Assembly (NCBI RefSeq): GCF_030028105.1
Contig: NC_092374.1
Coordinates: 26,483,016 to 26,547,015 of the forward strand
Direction of reading: 5' to 3'
Source of the DNA: Mobula birostris
Taxonomy: Eukaryota
DNA: 64,000 bases
This document shows positions 38,374-50,820 of the stretch, piece after piece. The translations under genes and the position numbers were made by a program. The notes beneath the pieces were generated by a model that saw only the letters and a program-made list of their open reading frames with translations, searched no databases and had not been told where the DNA came from. How positions within the stretch are numbered: position 1 is the first letter of the stretch; each line of letters begins with the position of its first letter.

Positions 38374-38611
38374 TGAACATCTGTCAGTTCAGGTAGAGAC
38401 AGGAGGGAAGCATTGTTTTGAAACAAAATTGGTCCCATCAGTATATTTTAATATCAGAGTCTGAAATGAATCAAGTTGTCATGGATTTGAAGCATTACAT
38501 CAAAATAAACTCTGGCTTCAGTACAAATCACAAAGCAAATAGAAACTAAATAAATCATGATGAGATCAAAATATATTTATTATTGCTGTGGTGTACAGTT
38601 TCAAAGAAAAA

Positions 38612-39238
38612 TACGAGGGGTGATTGATAAGTTTGTGGCCTAAGGTAGAAGGAGTCAATTTTAGAAAACCTAGCACATTTATTTTTCCTACATTTACACA
38701 CACAGTCCAGCGGTCATGAAGCATACGGATCCCTTCTGTGTAGAAGTCAGCGTCTTGGACCTCCAGAAGTGGTCCACAGCAGGGGTGATTGATCAGTTCG
38801 TGGCCTGAGGTAGAAGGAGATGAGTTATTAACTTCAAACTTTCTGCATTTTCACTCAAAGAGTTGAACTGCACGTGCATGTAATGAGAGCTGTATAACTC
38901 ATCGCCTTCTACCTAAGGCCACATACTTATCAATCACTCCTGCTGTGGACCACCTGGAGGTCCAAGACGTTCTCGTTACATACACGTGCAGTTCAACTCT
39001 TTGAGTGATAATGCAGAATGTTTGAAGTTAATAACTCATTTCCTTCTACATTAGGCCATGAACTTATCAATCACCCCTGCTGTGGACCACTTCTACAAAG
39101 AAGGGATCCGTATGCTCCATGACCGTTGGACTAAGTGTGTACATGTAGGAGGGGACTATGTTGAAAAATAAATGTGCTAGATTTTCTAAAATTGACTCCT
39201 TCTACCTTAGGCCACGGACTTATCAATCACCACTCGTA
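38612..39238. mobile_element. Mariner-derived palindromic MITE with five TIR copies
   Basis: TA CGAGGGGTGATTGATAAGT...ACTTATCAATCACCACTCG TA; transposase C-terminus FYKEGIRMLHDRWTKCVHVGGDYVEK* at 39091-39171. Confidence 0.9.
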
Positions 39239-39764
39239 CAATTCGGAATGAAAATGATGGATATCGTGTTGTATTGATCATCCTGTCAAATTGTCTGTGC
39301 ATAAAAGATTCTATAATGTACTTTTTGTGACAATGTTATAATATTTATAATTCAGAGTAAAATAGCAACACTTGATGTCATTGCCCTTGACTGGTGGCGA
39401 TAAGAATTAATTAGGGATTTTATCCTTAATTGCTGGTTATGGACTCATACTGAACAATGTTCGCAGAAAGAATGGAGCTGTTTTAACTAATGCTTCTTCA
39501 TCTTCTTCTTCTGCCCTTCGCCTTTGCTGGGGCAAAGGCTGCTAAGAGCAGCTCGCCAGAGTCCTCTCTCCTGAATCAGTCTTTTAATTTGTCCCCAGGT
39601 GTAGCTCATCATCTAAAATCCTTTCTCTCCCATGAATGAGGTCTTTGGAGTTTTTGTTGGTGTTTCTGTAGCGCTGGGTTTTTACAGGTTGCCAGTACAA
39701 TACCCAACCCTCCTCCCTTTGCAGCCGGACTTGGGATCGTCCATTAGTTTTAGCTAATGCTCTC

Positions 39765-39922
39765 AGGGTGATAGATTCTTGATTGGTCAGGGCATGAGGG
39801 AATATGGGGAGAAGGCAGGAGATTGCAGCTAAGAGGAAAGTTGGATCAACCGTGATGAAATAGTGGAGCACACTCGATGGGCCAAATGGCCAAATTCTGC
39901 TCCTATATCTTTTGGTCTTATG
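39765..39922 (+). mobile_element. CR1 3' tail
   Basis: Reverse complement of the CR1 3' ends at 6527 and 61633. Confidence 0.7.
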
Positions 39923-40244
39923 GATGAATTCACAATCTCTGATTGCAAATTCCCAGATTTAATTGAAACACAAACTCTTGTTAACAGGGAAAATAGCCCC
40001 AGAAACCCATAACTGAAACTGAAATATAATAACGTGAAGAAGATAAATAGAAAGAAAAATATTTTTCCCATTCTTGAAGCACTGACCTGCTCACCAGTGA
40101 AATGAGAGCCTTTCGAAGTTATTACCAAGCTATTTTGCTGATGTTTATGAAGCCAGAATTTGATCCAAAGAGTAATATAAAAAGTTAATGAAAGAACAAT
40201 GTATGGATTTTCATAGATGTAGGAGCAGAAAAATATCTTTAAAG

Positions 40245-40323
40245 CAGGGGTTCCCAACTGGAGTCCATGGACCCCTTGGTTGATGGTAGGGGTCCATAGC
40301 ATAAAAAAGGTTGGGGACCCCTG
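40245..40323. mobile_element. hAT mini-MITE with perfect 8-bp TSD
   Basis: ctttaaag CAGGGGTTCCCAAC...GTTGGGGACCCCTG ctttaaag. Confidence 0.9.
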
Positions 40324-41239
40324 CTTTAAAGTAAAAAGCAAATAAGCATAACTGATCAGCAAGCTTGCCCTTATAGGCTAGGTGTTTGTGGGTTAATGTT
40401 GCCTTAGATGGGGGAAAAATTCTTCAAAGCGACATCAGATGATATAATAGTTCTGTGTCACATAAGGCCATGATTTTACATTTCTGATTCTCGCAGCATT
40501 AGCATCATTCATGCCTGTGTCGGTATTTTCAGAGATTTGATGTAACTGAGTTTGAGTACTTGTTCAACTTTTAGTTTTGGGTACTCCCTAACTCATGCTC
40601 CAGGAGTGAAGCAAGCACAGCTTTCTGTTGATTGATGTGCTCTCTCCTAATTCCTGTTCACAACTCGCCATGGAACTCTCATCCAAAGCAGCATTTATGC
40701 AAACATGTATCATCATCAGCATCCTACCATTTTAGCAAGAGTCCCACAACCTCTGGGTGCCTCCCTTCCCCAATTACTTTCCCTTAGCCTGCTTTGATCC
40801 CAAATGCCAATTTGTGATATCCATAGTGTAGAGGAAAAGATTAGCTTTAAGCAGGACATAATACTGGGGTGGGGGGATGAAGGGAGTGAGTGTAGACCAA
40901 AACTTGTCTTTTCTCCATGAAGCAACTGCACTCAATTGTAGAGGGCAGTTTGTGTCTGGAAAAGTATGAAGTGGGGATTCAACTGTGGTGCCTTCACATC
41001 ACCAGATATTTTCACTGCAGATTTACAAGGTACTTTGTTGATGCAATTTGGGGTGTAGAATAATGAGATACAACACAGCCCAATAGACTCCAGAGCTTTC
41101 AATATTGAATAGTCAGGAGTGAAAATAATTTGCAGAGAAAGGACCAGGTATGGAACCAAATGAAATGTGCTAGGAATTGAAAGAACAAGAAGGGCTGAAT
41201 GGCCTTTCATACCCAATAATTGTGAGACTGTTTCAGATT

Positions 41240-42512
41240 GAGCACGTGGGATCTGCAGTAACCTGGTAGATTGGATTCAGAATTGGCTTGGCATAGAAGA
41301 CAAAGGGTAGTGGTGGAGGGGAGTTATTCTTAAAGGAGGTCTGTGACCAATGATTTTCCACAGGGCTCAGTGCTGGGCCTCTGTTGTGTTCGATATCTAC
41401 AGAAATTATTTGGAAGAAAATGTTGATAAGTTTGTCAAGAACACAAAATTTGGCAGAATTGTGGAGAGTGAGCAAGATTGTCCAAGGATAAAGCTGGATA
41501 TAGACCGGTTGGAAATACTGGCAAAGAAATAGCAGATGGAGTTTCGTCCAGTTTGGGAGACTGCAGCTTAGGAGGTTAAATGTAAGTGTAAGTGTACAGG
41601 AAATGGCCAGATTAAGAGCTTTGATGTACAGAGGGGATCTTGGGGTACAAGTCCATAGTTCCTTGAAAGTAGAAAAGGAGGTTAAAAAAGACCCCAAGTG
41701 CCTTCATAATTTGGGACACTGAGTATATAAGTCAGAAAATTACTGTATTTGGCAGCTGCAGAAAGCTTTGATTTGCTATATTTGCAGCTTTATCTTTTTT
41801 ATTTTCAAATACAGCGCGGAACAGGCCCAACCCAGCAACCCACCTATTTAACCCTAGTCTAATTGCAGGACAATTTACAATGACAAATTAGTCAATATGT
41901 CTTTGGAGGATATGGGAGCAGCCAGAGGAAAACCACACTTATCATGGAGTAAAAGCTCCTTACAAATGGCGTTGGAATTGAACTCTGAACCATGACACCC
42001 CGAGCTGTGAAAGCATCATGCTCATCACTGTAGTACCAAGGCGCCTGCCTAACCTGGTCACCACATAGCAGAAAGGTTGTGGAGAGGCTGAAAAGGTTAT
42101 TCAACAGGTTGCTGGCCTGGAATTGAGAGTGTTAGCTATATGGAGAGCTTGGGGAAGCATGGACTACCACAGAGGCTATGGGATAGCTTAATAGAACTAT
42201 ATACAATCATGAAAGACATAGATAAGGCAGATAGTCATTGTCTTTTTTTCCATATTAGAAATATCAGGTACTAGAGGGCATAACTCTAAAGAGAGAGGAG
42301 GAAAAATTTAAAAGAGATATAAGAGATTACTTTTGTTTACACTGAGAATGGTAGATGCCTGAACACAGTGGTGGAAGCAGATAGATTAAGAGACATTTGG
42401 ACAGGCACGTGAACAGGCAAGGAATGAAGGGATCTACACCGTGTGCAGTTTCAATTGGCATCATGGTCATCACACGGGCCAAAGGGCCTGTTATTGCCCC
42501 GTTCTGTGTTTC
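41240..42512 (+). mobile_element. Old CR1 fragment interrupted by an antisense V-SINE (~41790-42045)
   Basis: Degenerate PQGSVLG, KF..TK.G.IV.SE.D and CR1 3' UTR. Confidence 0.75.
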
Positions 42513-44139
42513 CACTGAGTTCAGCTGAGAAAATTCCCAGCCCACATGGTCTGCCCTCATTTTCAGTCTTTCAGTGTAAAAGTGCTTGCACACACTGACA
42601 AGTGAGCACAGTATATCATCGTTTGTCAAAATTTGAGCTGGATTTTACCTCTGGGATGATAGCACTCAACAGCGTGTCAGTGATCTATGTTGCTTTGGAA
42701 TTTTACCAGGAGATCGGTATGTTTTTCAAGCCTCAGGTTCTCAATAGATATTTACAGATAACTGGAACAGTTTAAATTCTTTATTCATTAGAGGTTCAGT
42801 GTGCTGTCTCATGTGGTTGTGCGATCTAAGCATTCTTAGTAACTTTTTGGACTTGTTCTTCAATGAACCACCATGTTTTCTCCCTGAAGAGATCCAAGTA
42901 TTGAATGACCCTTTCCTTCTACAGTAGCTGCAGCTGCACATCAATATCAATATCACAGTTAGATTTCTTTTGCTTTACTCCAGTGAATTTTAAATCCTTT
43001 ATCTCGAGCTTATACATTACCAATACTGATCATTCTTTTTGCAACTAAAGACAAAGCAACAGGAAATTTTATTTTCCACATGCAGAGTAAGGTCCTATAA
43101 TAAGATTTGAACATACATTCTTCTGAGCCACTTATTAATTCTGTACAGGAAGATAACGTGGGAAAATCCCGGACAGAATTATGTTATTTTACACAGGATA
43201 GAGACGTAGCTTACAATGCAACAGCATATTGTCCAATCTGCACAGCCTTTAAACTGAGGAAGCAATTAAGATCCAACCACATAGAAGCATTGCCTCTGTC
43301 AAGTATTCCAGATTTCCTTCTCTGAAATATGTCTGTGAACCAGATGAGTTTTTGTGGTTATTACTAGATTTGTTTAATTACTTGAACTTAAATTCCCCAG
43401 CTGTTGTGGTGGGGTTTGAACTTGCATATCTCTCAGGATCAGTGGCTAGACATCAAGAAGCTCGTCCCAATTTGTTTCCATACCTTCCTCTACTTGGTTA
43501 GTTTGTTCAAAGTGATTGAAAGATGCTGAAATTTGCACTATTTGTTTTACAGCTGTAACATTTTGTTTTGGGTCATTATTAGAGCACAGCATTTTAAGCT
43601 CTGCTTTATTTTCTTGAGAGACGGCAGACAAGGCCTTGGCTCAACGTTTCATTAAAAGGCAACATCCTTGACAGTCCTCGAGCGGGGTCACCCAAAGATG
43701 TTTGGGTCTGACAAGTAGGGCAGGCAGTGTGTAATCTGACTCACCAGCTACGATCTATCCCCCAAGAGTTTTCTGTTGATGAGGACGATCACTCCCTCAG
43801 TAGTGCACTGGAGTTCAAGCCTGGAAAATGTACTCGAGACTCTGGAGTGGGATTTGAACCAATGATCTTCTCACTGAACATCTGCCTGAAGCCACCTTGA
43901 TCCCTTCCTATCCCACATCTAGACTTTAAGTATGTCACTGTTACCTGGAGGCTGTTCAACATCTAATCACAATGGACCAAGCTTCATATTGCCCCCAAGT
44001 CATCAGGAAAACATTGCCCTTATCAACAGAAAACCCTTGGGGGAATAGGTCTTAGCTGGTGGGTTAGACTACACACTGCCCACAACAACCTCAGATCCAA
44101 ACACCTTTGAGTGACCCCGCTCGATGCTCATGAAGCAAC

Positions 44140-45400
44140 ATGCACAGGAAGCTGTCAAAACTGCCCAGTGCATCACTGGCACCAGCCTACCTGCTATCAA
44201 GGACATAGAGTATGTACAAAAAGACGCTGGAGAAAAGACGAGCAATATCATAAAGGATCTGACCCACTCTGCTCCTGGAGTGTCTGCCCCACTCCCATCA
44301 GGGAGGAGGCTACGTAGCATCCACGCCAGGACCAGCAGACGCCAAAACAGTTGCTTTCCCCAAGCAGTAAGGCTGATCAACACCTCCACTCAATAACCCA
44401 TCCCACCAGCACTAATTTTATAATTTCCTGTCAGGCTCCTTATGTACAGTCAGTCTTCTGCCTAGCTTCACTTTATTTACATTCATTCAATCATTGTATA
44501 TAAGTTGTCTTTTTTATTTATATTTACAGTGGATTCTCGTTAATGGAGAAACATCAGGATCAGTCCATTTTGGCCCAATTAAGCGGGTGCCCAAATTAGC
44601 TGAAGTTTCATGGAAATAGTTAAAAAGATGTTAAAAAAAAGACAAACTACCATTGAACTGAGTAACAGATTATATATTTAAATGAAATACAGAACAAGTT
44701 AGAACACTACTAATGCTACTAGAGTACTATAAAACTGCATATTAGCTTCTAATAGTTATCGATGGAGGAATTCATCTGACTCATTCTTTTGATTGACTGA
44801 AAAGGAACAGAATCCGTTCAGAAACCTAGTGTAGGTAATGAACAGCCTTAATGCAATGCTATTGATGATTGTATCTTCCAAACCTTCATTTTCATTGTAA
44901 CATTCATGATGATGTTGATACCTTCAAATTCTTCGTAGTTCCTCACTTGTTGAAGTAATGAAGTCATTTTCACTCCTGGCAGTTTATGACACCTCTAAGC
45001 CTGAATGCTCGAAATCACAGTGAGCAACTCAGTTCTGAATAGTTGTACTGCTTGTTTCTTGCCAAATTTCAGTGACAAAAGTCACTGCTTCTTAACATAA
45101 ACATACTCAACTGACGTTATTTAAAAACTGTTTGCTCGCTTATTAATCTCCTCCACAATTAAGCAGCATAGTGTCCCAATTAAATGAAGGGAATCCCAGC
45201 TCTTTTCCTGAATAGTTTTTGTATTTTAAGAGTTGCCCTAAATAAGTGGTTGTCCTGATTAACCAATGGCCCAATTAACCAGAACCCACCGTATTATTTT
45301 TTTACTAATGTGTTTATCTTTTTGAATGTTTTATGCTGCATTTTATTCTCCTTTACACTTGTGTACTGGAAATTACATTAAACAATCTTGAATCTTGAAT
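44140..45400 (+). mobile_element. Rex1/Babar 3' fragment whose tail is split by a pogo/Tigger MITE
   Basis: VKTAQCITGTSLP..IIKD..PLPSGRRLRSIHARTSR..SCFPQAVRL; (TCTTGAA)n tail near 45385. Confidence 0.8.
44525..45293. mobile_element. pogo/Tigger-like non-autonomous DNA transposon
   Basis: TA CAGTGGATTCTCGTTAAT...ATTAACCAGAACCCACCG TA; repeated subterminal CCCAATTAA motifs. Confidence 0.75.
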
Positions 45401-46070
45401 GCACAAATGCTGGTGGTACTCAACAAGTCAGGAGGCATCTTTGGAGGGCAATAAACATTCAAAGTTTTGGGCCAAAACCATTCATTAGGACTGGAAAGGA
45501 AGGGGGCAGAACCTAGAATGAGAAGGTGGGGAGAATGAAAGGAGTACAAGCTGACAGGTGATAGGTGGAACCAGATGAAGGGGGAAGTGGGTGGGTGGGG
45601 AACGGGGGGCCTAAAGTAAGAAGCTGGATGGTGATAGGTGGAAGAGGTAAGGGGTTGAATAAGAAGTAATCTGATAGGAGAGGAGAATAGAGAACGGGAG
45701 AAAAGGAAGGAGGAGGGGCACTGGAGTAAGGTAACAGGCAGATGAGGAGAAGAGAAGGGTTGAGAGAGGAACCAGAATGAGGAATGGGAAAAGAGAGAAG
45801 AAGTAGGGGGCGATATTACCAGACATTAGAGAAATCAGTGTTCATGCTGTCTGATTGTAGGCTAGTCAGATGGGTTTAGTACTCCAACCTGAGAGTAGCC
45901 TCAGAGGAGGCCATGGATAGACATGTCAGAATGGGATTGGGAAATTGAATTAAAGTGGGTGGCCGCTGGTAAACCCTTCCTTTGGCGGTGTGCGGACTAA
46001 AGATGTTTGATGAAGTGGCACCCTAATCTGCATTGGTTCTCAGGAGACGATGCCGAGAGCATCGTACCCT
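45401..46070 (-). mobile_element. Older Penelope-like element 3' part
   Basis: Colinear with 20695-21310 (ctccaacctgag..., atagacatgtcagaatggga); decayed hammerhead at ~45458-45493. Confidence 0.8.
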
Positions 46071-46139
46071 CATGGAACCTGGATGGAGTGGGTGCTCAGA
46101 ACAAAGCAATACATTCTGATTTTATGCTCATAATAGCTA

Positions 46140-46435
46140 ATAGCAGAGGACATCCGATTAAGGTGAGTGGAGAAAAGGTTAGTGGAGATGTCAGATGTAG
46201 AGTTTTTACACAGAGAGTGGTAAATGCCTGGAAGGCACTGCCAGAATTGCTAAGAGAGGCTGATAAGGTTTGGGACATTTAAGAGACTTTTAGGTAGGCA
46301 CATGGATAAAAGAAAATGGAAAGCTATGGGCTGTGTAGGAGGGAAGGGTTAGATTAATCACAGAGTCAGTGAAAAGGTCAGCACAGCATTGTAGGTCAAA
46401 GGGCCTGTCCTGTGCTGTACTGTTCTATGTTCTTT
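46140..46435 (+). mobile_element. CR1 3' end
   Basis: SRGH..KV.G.K..GDVR...FTQRVVNAW..LP; tgttctatgttct tail. Confidence 0.8.
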
Positions 46436-47149
46436 CTTCTAATTGCAAGCTTGGCAGCAGAGCATGGGGTGCGATTTACAGTTTTACCAGTAATTATGCA
46501 CCATAATTGACAATCTACACTCCATTATCTCCGCTGCAGTGGGCTTGGCTGGTCAGCTGATAATAAAACATGGTCATTTTTCTCTCCAAATGGAAGTGTT
46601 CACTTTAATGCTCTGCTGAGCACAACCTGCAGTTGTCTCAGATCTCTAGAGCCTCATCTTCTGGAATTTTTGTCATGTTTGACATTTGCAAAATAGCTCG
46701 GCATTAGCATAAGAACATCATTTCGTTGTCCAGGAACATGACCCAGCTGAACTTTCTTCTAACAAGTAAACATCAGACATCTAACCAATTATTATTTCTA
46801 AAGAGTCTCTGTCACACGTCGGCCCTATTTGCATTTTGAAAATGTTGCCTTACCGTGTCTTCTTTGACATCTTCCGCTGCATTGGCATCTGCGTTTCTGA
46901 TTATGCTACGTGGCAAAACAAATCGCCCTGCATTTATAGAAATTAGATCTTATTATGTATGTGTTTTATGTACCTCATGAAGTCATACAGCATAGAAACG
47001 GATCTTTCAGCCTCTCAAGCCACCCAATTAAAACATCCCTGAAGAAGATGGCAGAGTTTGCCATTGAAGCAACGATTATAATCGATACCTGGAAGCCCAA
47101 GAGGAGTTTATTTGTAACTCTACCCTATTTCCATTTTTTTCTTCCCACA

Positions 47150-47950
47150 TTTACCTGTTGGTGTGGAACTGTGCCACCCAGCAATCCCCCCACCCCCCGC
47201 CCAGTTTGATCCTAGCCTAATTGCAGGAACAGTTTGCAATGACCAATTGACCTCTTTGGACTGTGGGTGGAAACCCACGCTGTCACGTGGAGAACACATG
47301 AAGTCCTTGCAGACAACGGCAGGAATTGAAGCTGGGGCGCTGGTGCTGTGAAGCGTTGTGCTAAACTCTACGCTACTGCGCTGGCCACAAAGAGTGGATG
47401 CTCCCTATAGTGGGGAAGACCAGGAATAAAGGGCACAGCCTCAGAATACAAGGACGTCCATTTAGAGCAGAGGTGAGGAGGAATTTCTTTAGCTAAAGGG
47501 TGTTGAATCTGTGGAATTCTTTGCCAAAGACGGCTGTGGGGGCCAAGTCACTGGATATATTTAAAGTGGAAGTTGATATGTTCTTGATTAGTAAGAGTGT
47601 GAAAGGTCATAGGTAAAAGGCAGGAGAATAAGGTTGAGAGGGATAATAAGTCAATCATGATAGTATGGTGGAACAGACTTGATGGGCTGAATGGCCTAAT
47701 CTGTTCCTATGTCTATGGTCTTAGTTAATCAACTCCCTCTGCACCACCCGCCCCAGGTTCTACCCCTCTCTTTCGCAGTAGGGGCAGTTTACAGCACCCA
47801 GTTCCATGCACAACTTTGGGTCATGGGATGGTGGGGTATGGGGTCATAGGGAGAACCTGTAAACTCCTCACAGACAGCAACTGCGATCAGAATTGAATGT
47901 TCCTTGAGCAGTGAAGCCACAGCTCAGCTAAGTGTGCTACTGTGCTGCCC
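47150..47950. mobile_element. Cluster of V-SINE (-, ~47150-47387), CR1 3' end (+, ~47390-47722) and V-SINE remnant (-)
   Basis: Reverse V-domain ctttggactgtgggtggaaacccac; CR1 aggaggaatttctttagc...ctgtggaattc. Confidence 0.65.
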
Positions 47951-49637
47951 TGTCAAGTTAACCCAGTGTAGATTGCTCAAGCAGTCACTTCTGGGTGAAG
48001 TGGCTCCTGCTAGGAAATTGGAATCGGCATGTAATCTTCATGCCTAGGATCAGACGTGTTCATAATTACATCACAGATTCCACAAGGTCGTTCTCTATAC
48101 GTACTGGAATAAATTTGAGCTTGTATATCCAAACGGTGACTGTCATGGAACAATTTCAATTCAACAAGTGACGCGTTGTATTTATGGAGACAAGTCTTCA
48201 ACCAGAACACAAAGTATGTTTCTCTTTACAGAGAAGTTGTTTGATTTGCTCCATGCTTTCAGATTTTATTTCAGCACTCCAACATCTGTAGTCGTTCTTG
48301 AAAGAAATGTACTTTACTTTATGTTTTGCTGCTTTTTCCCATTATTTAAAGGTAAGTTCTACTGCCATGAGGAATTTGGAATGGGTAGCTTCCGAGCTGA
48401 CTGAAAGGTCTGCTTCAACTAAAGGTGAATGATGCCTCCAGCACTCTGCTACTGCAGTGCGCCCCAAGTTGTGCCTCAGTGGTGACACCACAGGCTAACA
48501 GTGCAGGGACAGTCAGTAATTTGGGGGCAGGAGGCAAAGACATGCCATTTGCAAAGATCCTGCTCCCAGAGATCCCACATCCGACCTGGACATTATTGTT
48601 GAGCAATTTAATCTCATCTTCAGGCTTTCCAAGGGGTATACCAAATGTATCCAGAAAGCGTTCAGCAATACTTATATTCCTGGATTTCAATTCAGGTGGG
48701 GTTTGCCTTGGTGCTCAAATTGCTTGCTGCAGGATCTTTTCTACTGACAACAGCAGATGTCTTACTATCTGCAGGCATCAGGGAAAAAAAAAGCCCTGCA
48801 AGCTACATCTAAAAGAAATACATTCATTTTCTTCAGTTTCAAAGAGAACTTTATTGCTATTACATGCGGTCTTTGTACTCATTTGAGAGTTCCTACTAAT
48901 GACCTAAAACATTTGTCAAATGAAAGGGTCTCCACTCTTCAAATAGGCTGTTGGTTGTGGATGGTCAGAAGATTTTTAAGACATGGAATGCCATTCATCT
49001 TCAGGAAAATTGGGAGGAAGGAATGGAAGAGCCAGGAAGAAATGGAGGGCTACGCAAGAGGGAAGCGCAAGATTCATCTTGGAGTAGGTTAAAAGGCCCG
49101 CACAACATTGTGGGCTGAAAGAGCTGTACTGTGCTGTACTGTTCTATGTTCAATATTCTATGCACTAAAACTGAACTGCCATACATTTCCACGTTCAGCA
49201 GGATTGCTTCTAGGACACAAGAGCTACCGTGGCTCCTGACTATAGTCTGGAGCCTAATCTCAGCTGCTATAGGCTGCCATAATTAGAGCCGCACAAGCTG
49301 CCACAGTTACTATGGAAAACATCACTGCTCTTCTGAAGATTGTTTGCATGGTGCCTGAATCAAGCAAGCTGGTTTGCTGATCCTTGGATGAACACTGGAA
49401 TCACCAAAGCACAGAAGATCATATGATAGTCGGATTAGATCCTGTGGACTGAAGAACCAGTTTCCATTCTGACGTATTCTTTGACTCAAGTTTTCACTCA
49501 TTTCAAATGCTCTGAAAGGAAACTGTTGCACTCAAACCTCTGTGGTCTGACTTCAGTCAAGCATTTTTTAAAGCGGCAACTACGACGTAGTTTGTTAAAG
49601 CCTCTCTCCACCTGTGTACCAGCTTTATGATCAAAAT

Positions 49638-49717
49638 CAGGGGATCCCAATCTGGGATCTATGGATCTCTTGCTTAATGGTATTAGTCCACAGTACAAAA
49701 AAGGTTGGGAACCCCTG
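49638..49717. mobile_element. hAT mini-MITE
   Basis: CAGGGGATCCCAA...TTGGGAACCCCTG; homologous to 40245-40323. Confidence 0.75.
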
Positions 49718-50214
49718 ATCTCCACAATCGTCTCTCTGCTCTCCAGGGTGCCAGAGCCTTTTGCTGTTCCATTGTTTGGTCAATTTAAACGCCGGCCCAG
49801 ACCAAAAAGACAGAGCTTCAGGATCCAAGGCAAGAGTCTATTTTGCCCACTCTCTGCAAAGGTCACTCCTCTCTCCATGGCACTGAGGCTATGAAGACTG
49901 CGTGGCTGCCATGCTCCGTGCTTGCTAATATGATGAACTGATAAGTGAGGCTTTAGGCCTACTCCGGGCTGCGGATCTGAGGACACAATTTGGATCGAAA
50001 TGTTGTTATTCACTTTTTTTCCTTTCTCTTGTACATCAGCGATTGGTCTTTTTATTTCTCTAATTTGGCTCTTTCAGGTTTCTGGCTTTGTGGCTACCTG
50101 TAAGCAAACACATCTCAAGGTTGTATAATTTATACATTCTTTGATAATAAATGTACTTTGTATCTTGAATCTAAATTTTTGACTTCTGTTCAAAGTTGCT
50201 AGCTAACAGGTAAC

Positions 50215-50820
50215 ACACCCCCAATTACCTGGGGGTGCAACTGGATGACAGACCTGAGTGGAGCACCAACACAGAGGCTGTGTACAAGAAGGGGCAGAGT
50301 TGCCTCTATTCCTGAGGAGACTAAGGTCCTCTGGAATATGTAGACCTCTCCTTCACGTGTTCTACCAGTCTGTTGTCGCCAGTACAATCTTCTACGCGGT
50401 GGTGTGCAAGGGCAATGGCATTAACAAGGGTGATGCCAATAGGCTCAATAAAATGATCAGAAAGGCTGGCTCTCTTAAAGGAGTCACATTGGAGGCTGTG
50501 GTAGAACCCTATGGAAAATCCTGGCAATTCTGAAAAATGTTTCTGATCCTCTGCATGCCGAGTTGGCTGAACAGAGGAGCACTTTTAGTAGTAGAATAAG
50601 ACAACTGTGCTACTATATGAGGTCATTCTTCCCTTCGGCCATTAGGCTTTATGATGAGTCAACCTATAGCTGGGGAAGTGATGGTCCCCTCCTGATAGAC
50701 TGAGGTAACTTATTTTTTATTCTTTCTTACTTTTCTTCTAATATTTTTGTATACCTTTGCTCTTGTAATGCTACTGCGACACTAATTTCCTTTGGGATCA
50801 ATCTCTCTATCTATCTCTAT
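50215..50820 (+). mobile_element. Rex1/Babar 3' fragment
   Basis: FLRRLRS.GICRPLLHVFYQSVVASTIFYAVVC..NRLNKMIRKAGS; (CTAT)n-like tail. Confidence 0.85.

Noticed and set aside
38612-39238. Repeated ~40-bp units as a CRISPR-like array
   Set aside because: The repeats are mariner TIRs in mixed orientation, the spacers are copies of each other, and the context is a vertebrate intron.
39829-40362. 177-aa hydrophobic ORF
   Set aside because: Spans a hAT MITE, AT-rich filler and a CR1 tail; a chance open frame.
48425-48886. 153-aa ORF
   Set aside because: No recognisable domain; starts in an old SINE-like remnant.
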